Positions 11,153 to 25,900 of a DNA stretch of 64,000 nucleotides are shown one piece after another (the first letter of the stretch is position 1; the number at the start of each line of letters is the position of its first letter). A program made the position numbers and the translations under genes. Origin of the DNA: Trichoplax adhaerens (lineage: Eukaryota; Animalia; Placozoa). Below the pieces are notes generated by a model. The model made no database searches. It saw nothing but the letters and a program-made list of their open reading frames with translations, and was not told where the DNA came from. The stretch is taken from assembly GCF_000150275.1 (NCBI RefSeq), contig NW_002060948.1:3741360-3805359 (forward strand), in the 5' to 3' direction.

Positions 11153-14100
11153 TTAGGGACTTTGTGTGCTGGGATTTGAATTACCGCTATTATTACTAGA
11201 ATTGTTTACGGTAGGTACAACAATAGCGACGGTGATAATTATCAGAAGGATAATGACAAGGACAATGATACAAATCAGTTTCTGTAAGAAAATCAGACAA
11301 AAAGTTGGACTTTAATAGAGATTGGCAAAAAATGAAAAGATATTATATCGTTATTAATGAGTACTGTATATCGATAAATTAAATAGACAAACTTTCCGAG
11401 CTGCCGTTTGATAGGTATGAGCTTTACTCAAATCGGTTGTTGCTCTTTGTACGTAATCGACAGTACTAAGAGTATTGTGCTCAATATTGTCTAACATTTC
11501 GCCTTGGCTTTCAACTAGCATGGCCATATCAAGAAACATGTCATGCAATTCCTGTAACAAAAGATTAGCGACAATTTACTATGCTGTGTGACAGGAATTA
11601 CTGTGATATAAACCAGGGAATCTAAGATACTATTTGTATTCTAGATGTGAAACTGATGTGCATATCAGCACAATGCTTGTATATTATATTTTAGTACTCT
11701 TGTGACGTTCTACGTAAGCTATCATCGATAAAAATACTAACTTTAATACTTTTTTCGAGTTTCATAATATCGTCATATCGTTGTTCGATTGCTTCTAAAG
11801 CTTTTTTGGCTTCCTTACTGTCGATCATCATCTATACCATATTACGATATAAATTCATAAATATAGATTGTATAATTGTCATGGAAAGGGGATTTGTATA
11901 ACTAAATAGTATAAATTTAAGAGACTTGTATCAAGAATAGCTATTTACTATGATATATATAGGTAAAGATAGTAGGTAAAATGACGTCTAGTATAAGATA
12001 GAATTAACTTACACCATCAGTGAAAACATTAAGATCGCCTTGCTCTAACATTTCTTCAACTTCGTCATCAGTGGTCGTCTTTCCAGCTGGTTATTAAGAT
12101 TATTGTTAGTAACATTTACTTCTAGAAATATTATCATTTCCAAGTACATTACAATCGCGGTGAATTTCCATACTTATTTCTAGCTGTCTGACAATACGTG
12201 CTTTGCATTTCTCTCGATGTTCCACTTGCATAGTATTGTAGTCGGACATAAGACTAACTAGACGATTACTAAGTGCTGTAACCTTAACAATTCAAAAAGT
12301 ATAAATGGCAACATTAATCATAGATGATTAAAAGCGAGATGTATGCGACGAGAAGAAATTTATGGGCGATCATTGATAAATGATTGTATCTAGGGTAGAT
12401 TTATGTCATCTCTACAATTACGTTTATGGTATCGCGGTCACAGATCAGCAATTTATCTCAGAAGCCAATAGAATCAATATACGTTACGTCATTGTTATCA
12501 TAGTATATTTGTTCACTAATTTTGTTAGATTTTCAGCAGCACTTTCATGCAAGCAGTGTTGACTCGTATTTCTCCTACCTGTGTTTGCTTTATCCGAAAT
12601 TCAGCGGAATGATCATCTTGCCCAATAGTAGCTTCTAAGCCTGTTACATTAATAGATAGACGTATTGGCTTGTTAGTACGTAGTTGTTATGATAGGTTGG
12701 ATAGGGAAAAGCTGTTGATATTATAGATAAATATTACTAAAAGTAAAGCGTATATTTAAACCTTTTAATTGTGAACGGATTCTTTTGGCCTTAATTTTAA
12801 TATTTTCCATATTCTTCTCTAAACTTTCGCGTTTATCTGTGAAAAGGTTCAGATAGTTTATTCAAGTGATGAGACTTTTTACATGATTGATATTTACTGA
12901 AATTAGTGTTGCAAATACGAGAGTGGTATTATAGCAACTGCAGACTGACCAATATCAATGGATTGTCAGGATTAGATAATTATATCGCCTACATGTAGGT
13001 TTTACCTTCCGTTACTTTCGGCATTGTTATGAAATCGCTGTAGGCTTTAGCAACTTGGGCGAGGTTGTCTTCGATAGTATCTAATTCCCCTTCGATATGT
13101 TCGACCTGTAATATGACAGTATAGAAACTTTAATTTCATTTATGGTATTTGGTCGTTCTCTCTTGGCAGATAGTGACTAATATCTGAGAAGGTGTAGACT
13201 TGTATTTTCGTTTTTAGCCAAGTAATTACGGTATATTTTGTGAGAACTGCATAAGGTAACTGGAATGAAAGCTATCCAATTACAGTATTCCGTTCTATAG
13301 AACGGAATACCGTACATCATTGCGAGAATTAAAAGAGTGATAACCATTGATTTTACCATTAAATTAACTTGGTGATGATTTCAATTCTTTTCAATTTACT
13401 TACAAATACATTTAGAAACTCTTTTACTAACTTTTAAAGTTTTATTACTGCACATTCATGTGAATTACATCCTATTCCAAGGTAAAATTCATGACACTGA
13501 TAACTACCTGGTTAAAGAAGTCTTCCATGAATGGCACTGGCTCTTCAATGGAGATTTCAATCCCTTTATCGTCGAGTTCTTCATCATCTTGGTTAGCCTG
13601 TACCTGTTCATCATTTATTGGTGTTTTAGTTAGGTTAATCAGGTGTTATTAATTAAATATTGAATTAGGATTATTAAATTAATCGAGATTAGCTCGAGCT
13701 GCAGTCCTGGTAGCGTTAGTAATTTGCTTATTCTGGCTCTATTTGTATTTCTTGTGATCTATCACAATATTAAGTTGAGGGAGGACGCGTAAAAGTGTTA
13801 GCTAATTTAATTTTTTAACCCTGAAGATGGGAGAGAATGCTTGACAACGATCTATAATTTATAATAGGCTTATTATGCTTGGTAAAGTAAGTCGACCGCG
13901 CAGGGATAAACAAATAAATCGAAATGAAGAAAACGATTGAATTTATGTAGACTGAATGATATTTTTGCTAGTTCTTAAATTGAAAATAATGATGGATTTC
14001 GAAAATCATTTTACCCTAAGATTACAGTTATACGAATGAGTAATGCCGTCATAAGAGCTGTGACTGATGGGTAATTAATAAGTTATTAACGGATAATTGT

Positions 14101-15364
14101 TTGTTTGGTTAAGTTTGAAAATAGGCCCTTTTTCTTATAAAGCTAGGGATACTTGAGTTGTCGGTGATATTAAGTTCAAACTGCAGAGTGAATCATCGTG
14201 GACGAAATTCAATTGAACTCGGCTTGTGGTGGAGTTACCCAAGTGGTTACTAGCAATGACTGAAGGTTTGAAGAATTTATCGCGGCATTGTCCCTCTTTT
14301 GTAAATAGTTGGATTTTATGTCACCGTAACTGATATTTCATATTGATAGATTAAAAGCATGGAAGTGAATCATTCATTTCTTGCTATATTGCTATTCAAT
14401 GGTAGTTTTAACCTTTTTTATCTTTTATTTTTTTGCACGTTGATAGTGAATGCTAAGTCTAATCGTTTACGATAATTGCCCAAAAGATGAAGAGTTGATC
14501 ATTTTTGATGCGTTTGTTTACAATTTTGTAAGTGTGAAATTTCGTTGACTACCATCATCCATTTAGCGTAGATTATGATGAATAGATAAAGAGAGCTAAG
14601 CTAGAGGAAAAGTAACATTGAAAAGTAGAGCCTGGCTTTGACCAAGAAAATGGCTACTCCTATCTACTTCTAACTGTATTTACAGCATAGGCAACAATGG
14701 ATGCCATTATCCTGAGTTGATTGGATCAGAGGCTGTTAGGAAAAAAAGTACTATGGCGGTGACTTACTGCTTGATGATAATACTTGTTATTAGCAAAGTC
14801 AATTAGGTGGCCGTAACTAGTTAGGATCTGGATATCCATGGAGTTGATCTTGACAACAAGAAATGGCTACCCTTGGACATATCCGATAATATGGTACAGT
14901 AGTCTGCACTAGGTCATCCATTTATGTATTGTAATGCATAGACTGTACACTCCATTCTTGCATGATGTGGGAAAATGAAGTGGATAAAGCAGAATGAACT
15001 TGCGCCTAGGCAACGAGTGACTAGAAGGGTGCGTGGTGACTATTTGACTAAAGCTGGCGACTAGACTTCATTAAATTGTCGCCTGTTCATTAGACGTATT
15101 TAATCATCCTATTGGATGATAGCCCAGAACGTCATGTAGTGTAGAACCTAATAATACAAACATCAGCAAGACTATAACGAATAGCATTGATCATTTAACG
15201 ACGGCTACTTGTATCATCCATTTCTTTGAGCCAGATCGATTTTGGTCTCCATCTCTGTCTGTGTGTGTGACATGCCTAGTCACATCTAGAAAAAAAATGA
15301 TTGGTTCGCTAGCCTACGCTAGGTTAATTCATACCGCTTGAATTTCTATCATTCGGTCCTTCAT
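11153..15364 (-). CDS. STX1: Syntaxin-1-like plasma-membrane Qa-SNARE, 10 exons, ~305 aa
   Basis: GT-AG exons: 15335-15364 ([11 protein letters not shown]-peptide), 13508-13597, 13006-13105, 12762-12836, 12579-12640, 12174-12282, 12013-12086, 11742-11831, 11393-11551, 11153-11281; 918 nt in frame. Contains [20 protein letters not shown], the SNARE motif [28 protein letters not shown] and a C-terminal TM helix. Confidence 0.92.
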
Positions 15365-15910
15365 GGTGTTGCTTAGGTCTTGCTATTCAAGAATGGAAAA
15401 TAACTTGTTGAACAACTATCCACACAGATTCTTGCAATGATTTACAAGGTGGGCAAATGGCTGCAATTTGGTCTTTGAAAATTGGCCAGTGAAATTGTGC
15501 TGCTATCTTCAAAGCAGGTGATGAAGCTTTTGTGACGATTGTGATGGGTCGTCCGTCACCTGCTATGACTGACCGAGCCAACAGCGGATACAATACTGCC
15601 TAGATACAGCCATCGACTACTCGAAAATTGCACACTTTCTTCTAGTCAAATGACACAACACGCACTCATGCCTGAGTGATTTGTGTCTGCGTCCTTTGTT
15701 GGCCGTGATCGACGAGCAGTAGTACGACGTACACTGTCAGGCGTCAACTTGACTGGCTTCACCACCACCGCTGCTCTCAGCCGTGGCTCAGTGCACTAGG
15801 TATGCTGTTCGGTATACAGACTGCAATCCACCAACTGGCATCCTGTACGGGAGGTTTTTCTTCCTTCTACTGCATGAGTCCATATACAGTACTTCTGCAC
15901 TACCAACTCG

Positions 15911-16384
15911 GCAATCCTATTCCAAGGTGTGGTAGGGTGGAGACGCAAATTATCCTACCCTTACATAATCAATAATGTCTTGACATTGGACAGGGAATAA
16001 AAATCGCCTTATTAGCTAGAATGGCGTCTACGAACCGCATGACTTGGACGAGTCTTGCATTAAAATCGTCATGATCTTAGGGAAAGAAACCCTCCAACTG
16101 TTCCAATGAAGAAGATTGCAATCCTATTCTAAGGTGTGGTAGGGTGGAGACGCAAATTATCCTACCCTTACGTAATCAATAATGTCTTGACATTGGACAG
16201 GGAATAAAAATCGCCATTAGCTAGAATGGCGTCAACGAACTGCTTGACATTGGACAGGGAATAAAAATCGCCTTATTAGCCAGAATGGCGTCTACGAACC
16301 GCATGACTTGGACGAGTCTTGCATTAAAATCGTCATGATCCTAGGGAAAGGAACCCTCCAACTGTTCCAATGAAGAAGATTGCA
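15911..16384. repeat. Near-identical 207 bp tandem duplication upstream of syntaxin; the second copy has an internal ~54 bp re-duplication
   Basis: gcaatcctatt(c/t)aaggtgtggtagggtggagacgcaaattatcc starts at 15911 and 16118; cttgacattggacagggaataaaaatcgcc occurs three times. Confidence 0.92.
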
Positions 16385-16671
16385 CAATTTCATCCCTTCA
16401 CCTACATGTGCGTACAGTAGCCCTAACCATTTTGTACCAATGACTTTCTCCACGTCGTTCAAGCTGTCCTACTGATACATTATGAGACATACTCGTATTG
16501 ACATGTCTAAAAAAAAATGAAGTGAGATTGGACGATTTCTTCATTTTTTTTAAAACATGTCAATACATGTCTACATTATCAGTAAGACAGCTCCAACAAA
16601 GTGTACATTGTACAATGTAATTGATGCAAAATGGTTAGCGATAATTCTCGTATACGAGTACGCGTATAAAA

Positions 16672-16820
16672 TAATCAAGAATAAAAATTGCAAATTTGAA
16701 TTGTCGCTATGGACTATGGCAGTGTATACATATGCTCGTATACGCGTATATAATACAGTAATTAAAAAAGATAATCAAAAATTGCAAATTTGAATGGTAG
16801 CTATGGACTATGGCAGTGTA
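16672..16820. repeat. Short direct duplication (~93 bp period)
   Basis: aaaattgcaaatttgaat.gt.gctatggactatggcagtgta at ~16684 and ~16777. Confidence 0.8.
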
Positions 16821-17429
16821 CCATAGTCTCTGAGACATCATTCTCTTCTGGTAAGTGAGTAAGGATGGCCTGTTGTAGTGATCAGGCCAGCGTGATATTT
16901 TGTACAGCGTAGTTAAGATCGATTCAGAATTAGCTAAACAAACATCCAGGATAGTAATTAATGTGGAATAACAATTCATTTTATTCCATTACTATATATT
17001 CTAATTAGAAATGATTGGTGGTACAGGTAAATATTCGTTGAATCGTTCCATAGCAACCCTACCACTAGGTCTATCCAAGGTTTACAAAAATAGCAATATC
17101 ATTCAACACGATCATGAATCATGATCTGCTCAATACATCAACATCTAGAATACAATTGTACAGCAGAATTCACATGCTATAAATTGTAATTAACTATCGA
17201 GTAGGAATAATAACCCTAAAAGAAAAGTCGATAATATGTTGTCAATATCGTCCACTAAAATAGACTATTGCAAATAGACTGCCATACCGCATGAAATGAA
17301 TGCAGTCAAGAATAGAGCCAACTACGCCCAGTTCGTGTCCACAGTAGCTTCCACACCCAAAAGCTCAACGACGTTATATCATGTACATAGAAAAAGATCT
17401 ATCTTTCCTTGCTTTAAGAATAGAAATGA

Positions 17430-19555
17430 TTCAAGATCAGTTAGTATACCGTAAAATAGAATTAGAAAAAAATCCATCTGAAAATGGATTCAACCAGGCA
17501 TACCACTACACAACAAGCTGCTACTCCAATTAATTATTAAAAAAAAGAATACTTTCCTAATGAGTAATTTTTCATTTTTATTCTTTGATAATCAGTTCTA
17601 TATACGTAAGGGATAATACTACTGTAAATACTAAAAAGTGAGCACTCAGAAGTCCTATCCTTATTTGTGGCGCTTTAGTCCATAGTCCAACACGGTACAT
17701 GGCCATGACATTCTGTTGGATGCATCTTTCTTTGGTATAATATAGAATAATTTAATATAATATAAAGAGTTCAAAGTCGGTTAGTATACCGTAAAATTAC
17801 CGATCTCAAAATGGATTAAACAAGGCACAAATGCATGAGAAGCCCCTACTCGAATTAACTATTATTAAAAAAAATAGTAATTTCTAATGAGTAATTTTTT
17901 GGTTCATTTTATGTAGTCGGTTCTATATGCGCAAGGGATAATACTACTGCAAACACTAAAAAGTGAGCACTCGTAACTCCTGGATATCCCTGTGAGTAGT
18001 GCAATAGTCCATGGTACAATATTGTACTGTACAGTGTATATGGCCATAACTTTTCTGTTGGATGCATCTTTCTTTGGTAGAATAAATAATAATAATTCTA
18101 ATTTTAATAGAAAGTGTTCAAAGTCAGTTAATATACCGTAACATAAAATTGAATTTGAAAAGTCGATCTCAAAATGGATTAAACAAGGCATCAATACGCG
18201 ACAAGTCCCTACTCAAATTAATTTAAAAAAAAAAACAGTGATTTCCTAATGAATTATTTTACAAGGCATAAATACGCGAGAAGCTCCTACTCAAATTAGT
18301 TATTGAAAAAAATAGTAATTTCCTAACGAATCCCTTTTCATTTTTTTATTCATTTATAGTCAGTTCTATAAAATTAAACCATCGACAGGTGTATATGTAG
18401 TGCATTAGTCTGTGGTACAATATTGTATATGGCCGTAACATTCTTTTGGATGCATCTTTCTTTGATATAATAAATAACAATTTTAATATAAAGGGTTCAA
18501 AGTCAACTAGTATACCATAAAATAGGATTAAAAAAGTCTACCTGAAAATGGATTCAATTAGGAATCCTACACTACAAGTTACTACTCGAATTCATTATTA
18601 AGAAAAAAACCATCATTTCCTAATGAATAATTTTTCATTCTTTATTCATTTATAGTCCGTTCTATATGCTTAAGGAATAATACTGTCAAGACTAAAAAGT
18701 GAGAGTAATCGCAAGTCGTATCCCTGTGTGTAGTGGATTAGTCCATGGCCATAACATTCTGTTCAATGCATCTTTCTTTGATATGCTCGTAATAAATAAT
18801 AATTTAATATAAGCACACAAAAGTGAGCACTTCTAAGTCCTATCCATGGCTACACTGTGTCTAGTGCATTAATACAGTCATGGACCACTAGAAGAAGACT
18901 GGTTAGTAGGGCAGAGTCCTATTCTGTTCGACGCATCTTTCTTGGGTATAACAAATAATTTCATAGAATGGCTTCATAGTTAGTTAATTAATATACCGTA
19001 AAATAAAATTGAAAAAGTTGACCTAAATGGATTCAAGGGACAATTACTCAATGGGAGCCTATCTGTGATGCATCTCTTGGGTATAACAAATAATTTCATA
19101 GAATGGCTGCACAGTTAGTTAGTTGATATACCGTCAAATAAAATTGAAAGAAGTCGATCTGAAAATGGATTAAACAAGGGCACAAATAGCCGAGAAGCTC
19201 CTACTCTAATGAGATATTAAAAAATAGTTTCCAATTGAATCCTTTTCATTTTTGTATGCGTAGCCATCGTACAGCACTACAATTCCATAATATTTTATTA
19301 CTTTTGATGCATCTTTCCTTGCAATTTCAAAGTCAACTTGCATACTGCAAAATAAATTGAATTCAAAATATCTGCCTGAAAATTGAATTTAGACAAGGCA
19401 TGAATAATAATATAATAATATGGTCACAAGCCATAGAAATTTGACACAACAAGCTCTTATTCCAATTCATTAATGATACTTATTATATTCCCCCCCCCCC
19501 CCCCAAAAAAAAAATAAATTTATATCCAAATTCCTAATGAAGAATTTTCATTTTA
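17430..19555. repeat. Degenerate tandem array, ~350 bp unit, ~6-7 partly truncated copies, upstream of USP48
   Basis: Recurring anchors tatacc(g/a)taaaat (~17446, 17785, 18133, 18511, 18992, 19127), aaaatggatt.aa.aaggca, tttcctaatga and gatgcatctttc (~17717, 18060, 18448, 18766, 18930, 19306). Confidence 0.8.
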
Positions 19556-19904
19556 AATGGTCGCCGGCGAGCACTTGTCATTGGCGGCAATACTACGTCT
19601 AGTGCAGTACTGCAGTGCCATAATGTTCTGTTGGATACCTTAAATTTGTCTAGTGTAGTCGAGTAGAAGTTCCTATAGTGTATTCATACGAGCAAAATGA
19701 TTGTCCCCCTTCGATTTCACACTGCAATTTCTGATACATGATAGTGGTATAGACTGCACAGTCGTTATAGTATAGTACAGTAGGTTAACAGTTAAGCCAC
19801 AAGACACTGTATCATACGGACATCATTAACAGTATTGCCCAGTGGCCACTGTGCCCTAGCAATTGCCAGCGTTTCCACCATCAATGTAGCTCCTAAAAAT
19901 CAAA

Positions 19905-22900
19905 ATGAAAGGAAAGCAAACGCGTAGCAGTAACAAGTATAAAATTGATTGGGAATGGGCTAAAGAATCCACTGTACAGCAAATTAATCAAGAGCAAGTA
20001 GAAAAAGTTTATGGAGTTCATTTTAATTCCTGCAGCTTAACCAACGATAAGACTCATAGCAAGTAAGATATCCTTGTCATGCATTTTCAATGAATGAGAG
20101 TGATTGGGAAATGCCAACTCTTTCAGAATCAATCAATTTGATTCGTGCGATAAATTGCTTACTTATAATGCTATCGACTACATTTATGAATTTGCTTTAG
20201 AGATATGAGATTATAAATAATGAAACTTAGTATTGAATACAGCTACTTTTCAATTCATAGTGTGCAGTAATTCCAGTTGAATTTTACAACTACTTTTCTA
20301 TCAAGTACAGATTGCAGTGGGGTATGGTGCTTTGCACGATACAATCACTAGCAAAATAGGACTTGTCTGCTTCAATTAGGTCTATCTGCTAAATTATAGT
20401 CAGGATTACTACTACAAATGGCATTCTACTGATAGTATATTTTTTTCAAAATGTATTTATAGCCTGTAGAATGAATTCTAAACAAGAGATCAGACGTAAT
20501 GCACATTAGGAAAGCTACTAACCTCTATAGTAACAAAATTGACCACTTTTCACAATCTTACGTCAGCCATTGCTTCCAAAGCAGCGACATAACGGATACT
20601 TTAGCATACATAAGGCAATTGCTACATCATCTGCATATTCACTGTTTTATATTGCACCATACGAGAGGAATCTTGATACAATACTTATACTTTAGCCATT
20701 TTTGGACTTGCTTAGACCGTAATTGTATTGGGTAATCAATCTCCAGTTTGATTGCCATTTCTTGTTAGCGGTAGACATCCTGGAAAATATTCAAATTTCA
20801 GATATGGATCAACAATGATAGGATTGTCGGATGATGGTTTAACATGCTCTAAAATCTGCAATCTATACAGTAATTAATTAAATAGCATAGATAACACTGT
20901 AAATGGGTATATAACTTTATTATGATTCATGTTTTGAAACGCGTTAACCTATTACAAACAATTTAAGATCAAGTCTAAATAGGCATTCAAAATGAATTGA
21001 AAAATGCAAGCAGTCATCAATCAATATGGAGGCACTTTAGATAGATGGCGTTTAATTAGCTAGGATGAGTTATTCTTTGTCATGTATTACTGCAATGGGA
21101 TAAATTAAATGATAGGAAGCCAATGAATAAATTCGTCAATGAATCTAGTTTAGCTAGGAATAATGTAATATTATCAAACGCCTATTCTTACTAATGACAA
21201 CTTACTACCAAAAATTATAAAATGATCCAATAGTGATCCGTAGGTCTACATTAGGCAATTATCTCCCAACATCAATGACTTAATACATTACTTTGCAGAC
21301 TATATTATGATACGTAATACTAATTAGTACTATACAAGTAGGAATATTTCATTTCTCATGTGATAAGCTTATTTTCAAATAACACATGTAAAATATAATA
21401 CTGTGTATGTATGTCTAGATTTTACAGCAAGAGGCCACGTTGCATGGCATGCTATAATAATCATATCGCTAACTATAAAAATCAATTTTACATGGTTAAC
21501 ATAACTTTCTGATTCGTTCATCTAGGAGTAATTGTCGCAGTAACCCAAATTGCCTAGTGCATTTAGGGGAAGCGAATTGGATATCCAATACTGAAGGTAA
21601 ATTAACGAATTGAATGACGCTGCAATATAATTAAGAAGTAATGATACTACATTACAAACATTCCCCAAATCCTTAATCTTATCATAAAAAGAACAGTATC
21701 ATGATATCATAAGATTAATACACCTAAGAAATATTAAAAATGCAAACTATTGTACACAAACTATAGTAACATGCTTTTCTTTTCAAAAGTTGAGTCTGCT
21801 GTATACACGGAGGTCATTGAGAATATTGTCAGGCAAGATGTAAGTGTTGGGTGTTTTATCATAGTTAGTTGCTTCTATACTAGCTAGTTCTGATTATAAA
21901 TTTTTCTTGATATTATAATAGAACCAATTTCTAGGACTGAGAAATCTTGGAGCTACCTGCTATGTTAACTCTTTACTACAGGTAGTAGCTTTACGTTATT
22001 CAAGGTATGCATTTCAAGTTAATTCTTTCTTTTCGGTATATTGTACAGGTTTGGTTTTTCATCTCTGATTTTCGAAGCGCTATTTATAGCTACCGGAACG
22101 ATTTTGTTCGGGATAAAGTAATAAAAGTGGATTTATTAACCGATAAAGGATTTAGTTTAATGGGTAAATGGCAACATACTTTAAAATTCTCACTGTAGGG
22201 TGCTTAAGTATCATTAGTAAACACTCTACTTGCTAACTTATAACGTGTGTTATACATGTTTTTAGGGTTGGATGACAATGTTGATATAGAAAGCCATTAT
22301 TATGAAAAAATTAATATAAGTAAAAAGATTAGTGACAGTATAAAATCATCTCAAGCTATCCATTCTAGCTCTCAGGGTCGACGAAGTCTGTTAAATAATT
22401 TATACGAAAGTGTACCTGAATTTGTTGGCAATCAAGAACAAATCCTGCCTGCACTAGCATCTATTTGTGATTACTTACAACTAATATTTGCATTTCTGCA
22501 ATTTAGTAAGCGCCGGTAAGTTTCACTTATTCCTTATCTTTATTTACTAAATTAATGCTATCAGTTAGTTTGCTTTACCTTCACTGGTATGCAATATAAC
22601 GAATAGTTCTTTATTTACCAGCTATATTGATCCATCACCGTTAATAAAGTTCCTTGGTCTAGATACCAATCAGCAGCAGGTTTTACTAGAACTTAAATGT
22701 GAAGTTAAATGTATCTTATTAACAGTAATTCTATGCTATGCATGTGTAATAATTTGCAATTCTCACTAGGATATCCAAGAATTTTGTCAATTAACCATGA
22801 CACTTTTGGAGACAACACTTTCCTCTCAAGTGAGTTTTACATCAATCTTTTTACACAAATATTATAATGCGCTATAAAATGCTGCTATTAACTATTACCC

Positions 22901-25900
22901 TGATAATATTTTCATTTTGTAGCTTGATACAAAAGTACAAAGCACTATTGGGACATTATTTCAAGGAAGATATTCGTATATCACAAAGTCCTGCATCCCA
23001 ATTTATATAACTATTTAGCAGATTATTAATAACGTAGAAAAAATACCTAGATTAAAACTGAAATATTAAATAACTTAATGTATTATTTATTATGTGAAGG
23101 TGTGACAGTTGCAAGTTTATCTCGGAAAGGAATGCTACCTTTTATGAACTAGATTTGACGGTAGCAGGGCACAGTACGTTAGAAAAGAGCTTCGATGACT
23201 TCTTCAAAGTATGAGGTTTTTCCTTCTGATATTTCAATGTTATTACCATATACGCTTTAGTTGACTACAGTATTTGAAAAATTAAGATCTAGGCTTAGCG
23301 ATAACACATGCGGTCATTCTTATTGCGATATTACCATTCTATTGCAGAAGGAAAAGTTAAATGGACCTAATCAGTACTACTGCGAGGTGTGTCAGAGTAA
23401 GCGTGATGCTTCTCGATGGATTGGAGTAGATTCGCTTCCGCCAGTTTTAAATATTCAGCTACTTAGATTTATTTATGATAGGTATTACCCAACTAATTTA
23501 TCTTTCTTACCTACCATTTTATTACATTTTGCTAAACATACAATTGTAATATTTAACATTGATATAGGAATACCGGCCAAAAGAAAAAGCTTAAATCTAT
23601 ATTACATTTTCCAGAAGTACTCGATATGACCAAGTATATAAGACATGCACCAACAGATACTTCTTTCATATATGACATAAAGGCTGTTCTTATACATCGC
23701 GGCGCTGGTACCCAATCCGGTCATTACTTTACACATATAAAAGAAGACGAGGTTACTCACAGCTTTTCTATGATATACAGTTTTGCTAAAATTATTTTGT
23801 ATAACTCACCTCTATAATATTACAGTCGAAATCTTGGTATGTGTTTAACGATGAGGCGGTATATCAGTTAAGTGGGAAAAAATTACAGATAGATGAAGAT
23901 TCAATGGAATCTGATGATCTAAGTCAATCGAGTAAAAATCCTAAACCGGTTAAAGGTATTGCTTTAATAATGATGATGTTGCATGGACAAATTATTGTAA
24001 GGCATTTTTCATTAAGCTAACATTCTTATTTTTAGCTGGTTATCACGCATCTCGCAGCGCCTACATGTTGGTGTATACGCGACGCTCTAGTATAGGAGAA
24101 TATTCTAGCGATTTAAAAGAGAACGTGATTTTGCCCAGAAGTATTGTTAAAATCATCAGTGAAGATAACGTGTCCATTAAGAACTGGATCAATGCAGTTA
24201 CTGAACAAATGGTTAGATTTTTAAAGTTGTGTCGCTAGTATTTCTAAAATCTATCATTGTTTTCAGCTTATAAAACTTCAGACTGTCTATATCTGTGTAT
24301 CTCAGACAAAGAGTGAAATCAGTCAAACTAATACAATTCATGCAAATCTTGCTAATCTAGTTTAGATCTTACATTGTCATTTTGGCATCAGAGGACAATT
24401 GGAGTGATATGAGTTTCATTTTTTAATGCGCAATGTATTACTTTTTTGAATACAGCTAAGCCATACAGCTGCGATAAGCAATAGAGCGCAAGAGATAAAT
24501 CGAATTTATCCTTCTCTGTCAGCTGATACAGGTACTAATATTTGATTTATAGGATCTTTCTTATTACTAATAACTCCTAATATATCAATGTTTAATTTCA
24601 ATATTTGTTTAGATCAAACTTACGAATGGATTCCAACTGAATGGCTTTTAGAATGGCTGCGTAAACAAGATTTTAATTCTCCTATTGATAATAAGACAGT
24701 TTTGTGTAATCATAAGAAGTAGGAATTATCATTAAATTTTAAGATATTATGCTGTGGTATTGCTAAATTTAAACTTAACAGGTACTGTCGTTTATTAGAT
24801 TATCACCCGATTCTGTTTCTATGGTTAAGAGAATCAACCAAATATATGTATGTATTTACGATATGTATAGCTCACAACTTATACTCAGAGCTATTTTAAA
24901 AATAGTAATTAATTTTTAATTAATTGTAGGCAAATGAATTATACAAGTTATATGGTGGAGGCCCCCGTCTAACTAGGTGATGAGTTACTGTTAAATATTG
25001 TAGTATCACTAAATATAAATCGAGTTTTTAATTGATACAGGGAAGATATGTGTAAACAATGTGTGGAGGAAAAATATCGAAGAATTCAATTTGATACAAG
25101 ATTGAATAATGATTGGAAATTTATTAAATCTACCATAACCAAAACGTTACCAACTGGGTATTATAGTATATCTGTTTCGAAAAACTAATAGAAATTGCTT
25201 TGTTTTCGCTTCCATAGTTTTATACTTATTAAATTTGTTTAATTATGTAGACAAACCGAATTTTGGATTGGCAAAGTATCTCTTAGAAATTGGAAAGGTT
25301 TAACTATTAAGAAATTCGAGAAGGATATCAGTGAATCTTCATTAAAAACGACCACGGTAATTGGCTATCAATTTGTTATTAAAGCACATTATTGAGAATT
25401 ACTATCCATTTAATCTGCAATTGTGTTCTTGCAAATATATATCATAGGAAAATTCGGAACCGGCCAAGGAAGATGCCGAAAGTGATGCTAACCTAGCAGC
25501 AGATAGTGCTACTTATGATGATGAATTTGAATTTAATCAAGATCTACTATGTGAAGAACATGGTATTTCTATAGCTAGTCGTTACTTTGTAAAAATTTCG
25601 GTTTTAAGATTGTTTCACCAATTAAACGATAATTTTTTAGGTAATTTAACCGCAGAGGAATCGAATCGACAGATAGTTAGTGAAGTAGTCTGGCTCATGT
25701 TAAAATATTACTTTCCTGAAGCAGCTAGCTATCCAGTGGGAACACCCATTTGTCACCTTTGCGAAGTAACAAATTAGTTTTTTAATTATAACGATTAGTC
25801 AATAGGAGATTATAACTTTGATGAAGTGATTAGAATATATCTTAGGTTAAGCTAAATTTGAACTATCCTACTAGGAAATCGCAAAAGCTAGAGTAGAAGA

